DNA of 64,000 bases from an uncultured Candidatus Saccharibacteria bacterium (lineage in GTDB: Bacteria; Patescibacteriota; Saccharimonadia; JAGOAT01; CAYZIP01): NCBI GenBank assembly GCA_964478695.1, contig CAYZIP010000003.1, forward strand, positions 4,143 to 68,142. Reading direction: 5' to 3'. Position 1 is the first letter of the stretch, and each line of letters opens with the position of its first letter. A model generated the notes under the pieces. The model was not told where the DNA came from. It saw only the letters and a program-made list of their open reading frames with translations, and searched no databases. The translations under genes and the position numbers were made by a program. Below, in pieces: positions 57,194 to 64,000 of the stretch.

Positions 57194-58450
57194 TTAGACT
57201 TTCCATTTAGGGTAAATCCATTTACTGCGCTTATCTCCGTAAAGGGGTGCTTCGTAGTCAATTAGTCCACTAGCTTCTAGTTGAGGAATGACCTGTTTAC
57301 GCAATTCATCGTAGCCGAGGAGTTTTCCTGTCTTTTCAACGTAGTGCTTGCTAAGAGTGCTAATACTGAACCCAGTTCTTACTTTTGTGTCTGGATTGTG
57401 CAACTCTTTGTATAGCTCAACTATGAAATCTTGGTAAAATCGCAGTACTGTAGGTGGAACTCCAAGTTGCTGGCTCTCACTAATTTGCTCCCAAAGTGTA
57501 ATCGCTTTTTGTACATCTTCATTGGAAGCTAAATAAGTACCATCAGATTGTTTTCTGTGCCATATATTGAGGAGCGCAATAGCTTTTATGAGTTGTTGAA
57601 CATGGGTGAATGCTCTTGAATCTCGTTCCTGTAGTCTTCCGAACTTTATAAACTTATCTCTAAGCTCATCATTATCAGGAAGTTTAATGTATCTTACTTT
57701 TTCATCTCTTATAGCGACTACTCGTTCCATAAGATACTTTCTTTCAACTTTAGATTTCAGCCATTCGTTAAAAGCTTCTTCATCTCTACCACGCCTATCT
57801 TGGAAGACAATCGTTTCAGCTATTTTGCGCTGTGACTGTTCTGGACTAAGTAGTAACTGGCGTGTTTGTTCCTGCTCATTTATTCGCAATGAAGCGGAGC
57901 AATAGAAGATTGCTGGAAAGCCGATTATTTTAATTTTGTCTGTTTTGTTCGTACCGTTCTTTGTTTTATTCGTGTAAAGGTGTATCTGTTCAAAACTATC
58001 GTGCGAAGCAATTGACCTTAAACGCTCTTGAACTTTTTGGTCTGGTAGTTCGTAGAAAATGAGTATCTTATTCTCTAGAACCAGATTGCGGAAGCCAGTA
58101 TCTTTGTCCACTTCACCATGTTGATAGAACAATGCTGTTGGGCTTGAACCACTAATCTCAATCTTATCTTCGTGAGGGAACAGCTTAGCTACCTCTTTAG
58201 TGATGTACGTTTTGCCAGACGAACTCGGTCCATTCAGACTTATATTAAGTTGGCTGTCGTATGTGTACGCAGATAGCATTCCTAGAAAGGCTATTGTCTT
58301 GCACAGATAGTCTTCCTTGATTGTTAGCGAAAGTATTTCCGCTAACTCATCTAGTTCCATTTCTGGGTAAGGCTTTGTACTTAGTTCGGCTTGAGCTTCA
58401 TCAGGCGCACTGCTGATGTAACCGTCAAAGGCAGTGTTAGCTTGTTGCAT
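57194..58450 (-). CDS. P-loop NTPase, a putative phage/plasmid replication (primase-helicase C-terminal-like) protein.
   Basis: Walker A GPSSSGKTYITKEVAKLF. A Walker B-like ILIFYELPD. It lies in a mobile-element context. Confidence 0.4.
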   Translation of the reverse strand: MQQANTAFDGYISSAPDEAQAELSTKPYPEMELDELAEILSLTIKEDYLCKTIAFLGMLSAYTYDSQLNISLNGPSSSGKTYITKEVAKLFPHEDKIEISGSSPTALFYQHGEVDKDTGFRNLVLENKILIFYELPDQKVQERLRSIASHDSFEQIHLYTNKTKNGTNKTDKIKIIGFPAIFYCSASLRINEQEQTRQLLLSPEQSQRKIAETIVFQDRRGRDEEAFNEWLKSKVERKYLMERVVAIRDEKVRYIKLPDNDELRDKFIKFGRLQERDSRAFTHVQQLIKAIALLNIWHRKQSDGTYLASNEDVQKAITLWEQISESQQLGVPPTVLRFYQDFIVELYKELHNPDTKVRTGFSISTLSKHYVEKTGKLLGYDELRKQVIPQLEASGLIDYEAPLYGDKRSKWIYPKWKV

Positions 58451-58637
58451 ATTGCACCTCGCAAGATTTCATACCTTTTAAGCTTCTTAAGTATTGCTTT
58501 AGATTTTTATTTAATTCTAAATCCCTATAAAGTCCATTGTCGTTCAGTGAGATTAACATGAGTGCCATTGCTTGGTTTTCTATGTTGTGTTCTCTTAGTT
58601 CGTACTTGTTTAATGCGTTCTTAATTGTGCTGTTCAT
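58437..58637 (-). CDS. Small hypothetical protein.
   Basis: Overlapping small ORFs in an element operon. Confidence 0.25.
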   Translation of the reverse strand: MNSTIKNALNKYELREHNIENQAMALMLISLNDNGLYRDLELNKNLKQYLRSLKGMKSCEVQYATS

Positions 58638-58833
58638 TGCTGAACTCCTTTTCGTAAGTTTGGTAAAGTTTTATGCCTACTAGCCGAAGTATTGCTCTCC
58701 CTGCTGCCTGTGCTTTTTCTGTGTCGCATTCAATGTCGTGTTGCTGTTTTAGTAGGACTTTCAGCTTCTGAATGCTCGTGTCACTAATTGTCATAGTGTC
58801 CCCCCGAATGAAATTCTTTATGAATGCTTTCAA
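58621..58833 (-). CDS. Small hypothetical protein.
   Basis: Overlapping small ORFs in an element operon. Confidence 0.25.
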   Translation of the reverse strand: MKAFIKNFIRGDTMTISDTSIQKLKVLLKQQHDIECDTEKAQAAGRAILRLVGIKLYQTYEKEFSNEQHN

Positions 58834-59056
58834 GTGCTTGGTAGAACCAATATGGCTTTACTCTCATTCTGCGTTTTTCAAATAATGAAACCAGCCGAAG
58901 CGCACTTTGATTTTTCTTGAACGTATACATGTAGTTTCCTTGACCAATCTCTTTGCATGTCACAACTGGGTGTTCTTTGCTTACCAGTGTTGCTGCCAAT
59001 ATGATGTCAATCGTTACAAGGTATCCGTCCTTATTTAGTATTGTGTTTTGGGACAT
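58784..59056 (-). CDS. Small hypothetical protein.
   Basis: Overlapping small ORFs in an element operon. Confidence 0.25.
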   Translation of the reverse strand: MSQNTILNKDGYLVTIDIILAATLVSKEHPVVTCKEIGQGNYMYTFKKNQSALRLVSLFEKRRMRVKPYWFYQALESIHKEFHSGGHYDN

Positions 59057-59247
59057 ATCGTCCTCCTTTATTTAGTTAATTATTGTTTGTGTAATCGCTT
59101 GTCCTTTCTGCCTTGCGCAACCGCTTTTAACTGATTACATTTATAGTTTTTCAAAAAACAAAGGAGCCTAGGGTAGGCTCCGAAACATGGCGATTAAGCC
59201 ACGATTTTATAAGTGTTTACTTACGATAATCTGCGATTTTTTACGAT

Positions 59248-60135
59248 TTAATCACGAATCGTATTTAGTCGTAATTTGTATGATTTTAGTTCATTACCAG
59301 TCAAAGTCTTTTCAGGAGTGAAGCGAACATTAGATTTAGTAGTACCCTCAAAGAAGATTTTCTTTAGTTCTTTATCAAAGCGAGAAGCTCTAACAAGTTC
59401 GGTCATATCATTTTTAGTTTTACAGTTATCAACGTTTTCTTGTATATCGTTTTTGTTTATGGAAGTATCGTTGTGTACTTCTAGATAGTGCATGAAGTTA
59501 TATGCTGGGCTATCAAAACGCAGGGGGCTACCTAGTGGAACAAGCTCTTTGCCTTTAATACCTACGTATACTTGTGTGCCTTCAATTTTAGCGATTGCAG
59601 TTTCTTCTTTGTCGTCAGGAACACTGTCCGTCCTATTTACTTTTGCAATGTACTCTTGGCAAGTTTCATCTACAGACTTAATTGACTCAATAACTATAAA
59701 TCCCTTGATTGACATTGAGAGTATAGTTTCTAAAAATTTCTTGCTGTTGCTAGTCTGCTTGCCTTTAATCTCTCTAGTTACATCTGACGTACCAAGTTTG
59801 CTTATCACACGAGCTTCATGCTGGGCGTACAATGTGATTGAGTTGCCAGTCGGTGCGAACATACGATTGGTGTAGAAGTAATCAACATAACTGCGCACCA
59901 TGTCCTTAAACCACTTTGTATCGGCAGTTGTAACTGCGTTATCTATACTTTCAATTTTTGCTTCTGATTTAAGCTTTTCTAAAATTGCTGAACAATACTC
60001 AATATTATCTGGGTAGCTTATGTAGGCATTAAGCAAATCCTGTAGCTCATTTTGCTCGGCTTTAATATACCCACTAAGCAAAGCGTATATGTAGAGTAGT
60101 CGGCTATCCCAAAACTGTGTTATAGGCATTTTCAT
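59248..60135 (-). CDS. Hypothetical protein.
   Basis: A 295-aa ORF. Confidence 0.3.
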   Translation of the reverse strand: MKMPITQFWDSRLLYIYALLSGYIKAEQNELQDLLNAYISYPDNIEYCSAILEKLKSEAKIESIDNAVTTADTKWFKDMVRSYVDYFYTNRMFAPTGNSITLYAQHEARVISKLGTSDVTREIKGKQTSNSKKFLETILSMSIKGFIVIESIKSVDETCQEYIAKVNRTDSVPDDKEETAIAKIEGTQVYVGIKGKELVPLGSPLRFDSPAYNFMHYLEVHNDTSINKNDIQENVDNCKTKNDMTELVRASRFDKELKKIFFEGTTKSNVRFTPEKTLTGNELKSYKLRLNTIRD

Positions 60136-60236
60136 ATCTATGTTTCATTATATGCCATTTATTTGTGTCAGATAACTAAAGAGCTGTTTTTGCGATAATT
60201 AGAGTAGAGCAAATAACAAAACAAACAGGAGTTTTT

Positions 60237-60482
60237 ATGACAATCAAAAGGACAGTCGGCAGACCAGTTGAGATGAACTATAAAATAATGAGTAAACTAG
60301 AGGACGCACTAGAACATGGCGCAAGTGTTACGGAAGCTTGTAGATACGCTAAAATTAGCAGAGAAGGATTTTACAGGTATTACCGAAACGAAGAAGTCTT
60401 CAAGCAAAAAATGCAAATAGCTCGTGCAAACTATCAGTACGTTATCAAGATTGGTGGCATTATTAACGCAAGGATTTTTTGA
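60237..60482 (+). CDS. Small HTH-domain protein, possibly a regulator or a recombination directionality factor.
   Basis: GRPVEMNYKIMSKLEDALEHGASVTEACRYAKISREGFYRY shows a helix-turn-helix pattern. Confidence 0.3.
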   Translation: MTIKRTVGRPVEMNYKIMSKLEDALEHGASVTEACRYAKISREGFYRYYRNEEVFKQKMQIARANYQYVIKIGGIINARIF

Positions 60483-60823
60483 CGGAATTACCAAAAACTC
60501 ACTGTTCGGTCAGAGCAGAAAGACTTCTAAGCGTCACATAATTCTGTGCAGTTTACGAATGTTTAACTTTGCGTGGCTTTTGCGTGTAAGTTTTTAATCA
60601 TACTTTTAATCGCAGGAGTAGCTGGTGGCTTGATTTGTGACATGTCTGGTTGGCTTTTTAGCTCTTGTAGTTTTAAGTCCTTCATTACTTACAGTATATG
60701 ATGGAATGTATGTGCTTGTAGAGGGTTAATACAGGCGTTTTAAGCCCTGTTTAGCTACAAAGTGGAGTATATCTACTATTGTCCTACCAACAGAGGTGTT
60801 AATAGGTTACAATGTTATATAAT

Positions 60824-63800
60824 ATGGCAAGCTTATTTGGAAAAAACAAACTTCGTGAAATCGCTTCAAAACTGCAAACATCTGAGCTTGAAGATAAGAT
60901 TGCCCTCGTAAAGACATGGCACAACGATTATCACAACGGAAGTCTAAAAGCAGATAAAGAAACTTCTCGTGAGCAAGCCTACAATCAAGACTTCTTTATT
61001 AAGGTTTTAGGTTATAAAGAGAAACCTGCTGTTCCATACAGCTTTGAGCCAAAAGCCACTACAGATAAAGGTCAGTTACCAGACGCAGTACTTAGTCATA
61101 CTGACACGAGCAAAGACCTAAAGAATATCGCAGCAGTCGTTGAGTTAAAGGGTGCAAGCATTGAGCTTGACCGACCACAGCGTCGTGAGGGCAACATGAG
61201 TCCTGTACAACAAGGATTCAAATACAAAACCCAGTATCGTAACTGTCCTTTCGTAGTTGTTAGTAACTTTTGGGAGTTCCGACTTTATCACGACAACCAA
61301 CTGGATTATGAGCTTTGGACACTTGATGACCTCGTAGACCCAGAAGATGACTATCTAAAGTTCAAGACATTCTACACGTTACTACACAGCGATAATCTCA
61401 CTACCCCTAAGGGTGCAAGTAAGACCGAGGGTTGGCTCAGCGACATACGTTTTGAGCAAGAAGAAATCGGCAAGAAGTTTTACAAGATATATCGTGAAGC
61501 CAGACTTGAATTGTTGCGAGATATATACAGGCACAACGAAAACGTCAGAGCAGATATTGGTATAGGAATTGAGAAAGCTCAAAAGATTATTGACCGTATT
61601 GTCTTTGCTTGTTTCGCAGAAGATAGGGGCTTACTTCCAGACGATACTTTGAAACGTGTTATTCAAGCAGCCGACAACTCAACATTTGGTGGTTCGTTAT
61701 GGTCTACGTTTAAGGCATTCTTTGAAGCGATAGATGTTGGTAGTACTAAGCTAGAAATTCCTGACGGCTATAATGGTGGACTATTTGCCCACGACCAAGA
61801 ACTCAACTCACTAAAGATAAGTGATGAGTCCTTACGCAAAGTAGCCAACATTAGTGACTACAACTTTGTTGAAGATTTAAGTGTCAATATCTTAGGTCAT
61901 ATCTTTGAACAATCCATCAGCGACTTAGAGGAAATTAAAAGCAAGGTTGAGGAAAGCCAAAACCTAGACTCAATCCAACAATCACGTCGCAAGAAAGACG
62001 GTATATTTTATACTCCTGACTACATAGTTCGCTACATCGTAGATAATTCACTTGGTGCATACTTGCGTGACGAAGAAGAACGACTAAAGATTGAGTTCAA
62101 ACTTAAAGGTGACATTACTGACAAGAACTATGAGAAGCGTGAACAGCAAGCATATAACAAGTATCAAGAGTTCTTACAGAATGTAAAAGTTGTTGACCCT
62201 GCCTGTGGCTCAGGCGCATTTTTAGTTTACGTATTTGATTACCTACTAGCAGAAAATAAACGTGTAGCAAGTATTCTTGGTAACAACTTATTTAGTAGCG
62301 AAGATTACATTAGAGATATTCTAAAGAACAACATTTACGGCGTAGACCTTAATGAGGAATCGGTAGAAATTACAAAACTATCTCTTTGGCTAAAATCTGC
62401 TCAAAAAGGAAAGAAACTCACCACACTTGATAACAATATAAAGAGTGGTAACAGTCTGATTAGTGACCATGGCATAGGTACTAACAAGGCGTTTAACTGG
62501 CAGTCTGAGTTTAACGATATATTTAATAATGGTGGATTTGATGTTGTGATTGGCAATCCTCCTTGGGTATCTCTAGGTGGTAAGCATGGGCAGAAAGTCA
62601 GTGAAGCAGAGTTAAAGTACTATACTGAAAAATATGACGGCAATACTTACATGCCTAACTTGTTTGAGTACTTTATAAACCTAGGAACTCAAATACTAAA
62701 GCCCAACGGCTACTTTTCTATGATAGTACCTGACAGATTTGGCATAAATGGAGTATTTAGTAATCTAAGAAAACGAATATGGGAAAGCTACACACTGTCA
62801 GAAATTGTTTATAAGTGGGACTTTCCGTATATCGTTACGGACACAATGACATTCGTAATTAAAAAATCTCCAAGTTCCGTAAAAAGTATAAGAGTAAAAG
62901 CGAATCCTAAGGCAGATTTCTTGGTGCTTAAAGATAGTGAAGTAGACAAGTCTACCTACGAATTTAAATTATTCAGTTCATTGGAAGCAAAGACACTTGT
63001 AGACAAGCTAATGCGTGACAAGCATTCATTAAATGAAATCTCAAAAACAACATCTGGCTTCGGAGGTAAATCTAAGTTAATAACCAATCGTAGAGCTTCT
63101 ACATCTCAACGGGAAGTTCTCAAAGGACAGTCTATTGGACGCTATTTGATTAAAGAAAAACTATTCTTTGATTTCATAGACGAAAATATCACAGGCAGGA
63201 CTAGAGATGAAACTAAACTAGGCGCAAATCCAAAAGTGCTACTGAGGAAAACGGGTTCAGGGCTTATTGCTAGCTATGACGATAGTGGTGCATACCCAGA
63301 GCAGTCACTTTACTTCCTCTATAACTTCAAAGACAAAGTTAGTCCACTGTACATACTCGCAATACTAAACTCAAAACTAATGAACTGGCTTTACAGGTCT
63401 AATTTTATTACTAACGCAGACAGTACACCTCAGTTGAAAAATGTTGATTTGGATAAGTTTCCCATAGTACTTGCAAATGATGAACTTCAACAGAGAATAA
63501 CTACTGCCGTGCAAAGAATATCTTCTGCCACAAAGCAATTATATGATTCCTCAAAAAGAGTTGATGATTTAGTCATGTCTGAATTTAATGACGCTAAAGC
63601 CCCTTCAAAAATTACCTCATGGTGGGAGCTAGATTTTTCTGATTTCATAAATGCACTACATTCAAACATTTCACTTTCTCAAAAAGATGAACTTCTCCAC
63701 GTATTTAATAAATACCGAAAGGAATTCTCAGAGCTAAGTGACGAAATACAGAAGACCGACCAAGATATTGACCAACTCATATATCAGATTTACGAATTGA

Positions 63801-63835
63801 GTGACAAAGACATCAGTATTGTAGAAAAAGGCTGA
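60824..63835 (+). CDS. Type IIG/IIL (MmeI-like) fused restriction endonuclease and N6-adenine methyltransferase. The ORF opens at 60812.
   Basis: An N-terminal PD-(D/E)xK site (PDAVLSH...AVVELKGAS). MTase motif I VVDPACGSGAFLV. Motif IV VIGNPPW. A long C-terminal TRD-like region. Confidence 0.72.
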   Translation: MASLFGKNKLREIASKLQTSELEDKIALVKTWHNDYHNGSLKADKETSREQAYNQDFFIKVLGYKEKPAVPYSFEPKATTDKGQLPDAVLSHTDTSKDLKNIAAVVELKGASIELDRPQRREGNMSPVQQGFKYKTQYRNCPFVVVSNFWEFRLYHDNQLDYELWTLDDLVDPEDDYLKFKTFYTLLHSDNLTTPKGASKTEGWLSDIRFEQEEIGKKFYKIYREARLELLRDIYRHNENVRADIGIGIEKAQKIIDRIVFACFAEDRGLLPDDTLKRVIQAADNSTFGGSLWSTFKAFFEAIDVGSTKLEIPDGYNGGLFAHDQELNSLKISDESLRKVANISDYNFVEDLSVNILGHIFEQSISDLEEIKSKVEESQNLDSIQQSRRKKDGIFYTPDYIVRYIVDNSLGAYLRDEEERLKIEFKLKGDITDKNYEKREQQAYNKYQEFLQNVKVVDPACGSGAFLVYVFDYLLAENKRVASILGNNLFSSEDYIRDILKNNIYGVDLNEESVEITKLSLWLKSAQKGKKLTTLDNNIKSGNSLISDHGIGTNKAFNWQSEFNDIFNNGGFDVVIGNPPWVSLGGKHGQKVSEAELKYYTEKYDGNTYMPNLFEYFINLGTQILKPNGYFSMIVPDRFGINGVFSNLRKRIWESYTLSEIVYKWDFPYIVTDTMTFVIKKSPSSVKSIRVKANPKADFLVLKDSEVDKSTYEFKLFSSLEAKTLVDKLMRDKHSLNEISKTTSGFGGKSKLITNRRASTSQREVLKGQSIGRYLIKEKLFFDFIDENITGRTRDETKLGANPKVLLRKTGSGLIASYDDSGAYPEQSLYFLYNFKDKVSPLYILAILNSKLMNWLYRSNFITNADSTPQLKNVDLDKFPIVLANDELQQRITTAVQRISSATKQLYDSSKRVDDLVMSEFNDAKAPSKITSWWELDFSDFINALHSNISLSQKDELLHVFNKYRKEFSELSDEIQKTDQDIDQLIYQIYELSDKDISIVEKG

Positions 63836-63836
63836 A

Positions 63837-64000
63837 ATGAATATATACAAAAACGCTGCCTACAAAGTTTTACTAGAATCAGATAAGCCCCTTCATTATC
63901 GTGAAATTACAAAAAAAGCTCTAGATATGGGAATACTGGAAACCGTTGGCGCAACACCAGAAGCAAGTATGAACGCTCAAATTAGCGTAGATATAAAACG
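63837..64000 (+). CDS. Mrr_N/HARE-HTH-like protein, N-terminal part only; it runs off the right edge.
   Basis: MNIYKNAAYKVLLESDKPLHYREITKKALDMGILETVGATPEASMNAQI resembles the winged-helix N-terminal domain of Mrr-type restriction proteins. Confidence 0.35.
   Translation, partial: MNIYKNAAYKVLLESDKPLHYREITKKALDMGILETVGATPEASMNAQISVDIK

Noticed and set aside
1-64000. A CRISPR array.
   Set aside because: No regularly spaced short direct repeats were seen anywhere. The only repeats are the att-like and inverted repeats described above.

Overview
This is a low-GC bacterial chromosome segment. Many small proteins, a split transketolase, a class I LysRS and sparse metabolism point to a reduced genome, possibly CPR/Patescibacteria; that is inference only. 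The housekeeping backbone carries a ZIP transporter, an ABC1 kinase, xth, rpmG and a DsbA-like protein. It also carries a gap-rpiB-rpe-like-tktN-tktC-PfkB kinase-glutaredoxin block and uvrB-uvrA-uvrC-secG, an ABC-type SBP, pyk, lysK (class I) and seven tRNAs. Three things stand out. (1) A minus-strand operon at 10.6-14.1 kb encodes a thiazole/oxazole-modified peptide (TOMM/LAP) maturation set: an E1-like docking protein, a YcaO cyclodehydratase and a SagB dehydrogenase. Its only candidate substrate is a 231-aa polytopic membrane protein that starts with leader-TCSSCCCCCCC, i.e. 11 contiguous heterocyclisable residues. I do not recognise this architecture from described systems and it is the best candidate for a novel system here. 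(2) A visibly GC-richer island of about 12.8 kb lies at roughly 35.2-48.0 kb, inserted at the 3' end of a tRNA-Leu(CAG) and bounded by 12-nt direct repeats. It is built from two tandem modules, each ending in a large serine recombinase. Cargo is a Sau3AI-like REase with a C5-MTase, an RloC/PrrC-like Rad50-type ATPase with a CxxC zinc hook plus a small partner, a TauE/SafE exporter, a GNAT and a membrane protein. It also contains nested 105-177 bp inverted repeats and a thrice-repeated palindromic GC-rich motif. (3) A third serine-recombinase element starts at the 3' end of tRNA-Gly(GCC) at about 55.5 kb and runs past the window end. It carries a P-loop replication-like protein, small hypotheticals, an HTH protein, a type IIG (MmeI-like) fused R-M enzyme and an Mrr_N-like ORF. 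Smaller observations are a tRNA-Gln with a duplicated 3' end and hairpin, a hammerhead-like motif upstream of uvrB, a GC-anomalous orphan gene and an HEPN-like protein. All calls rest on motif recognition by eye; no searches were run.
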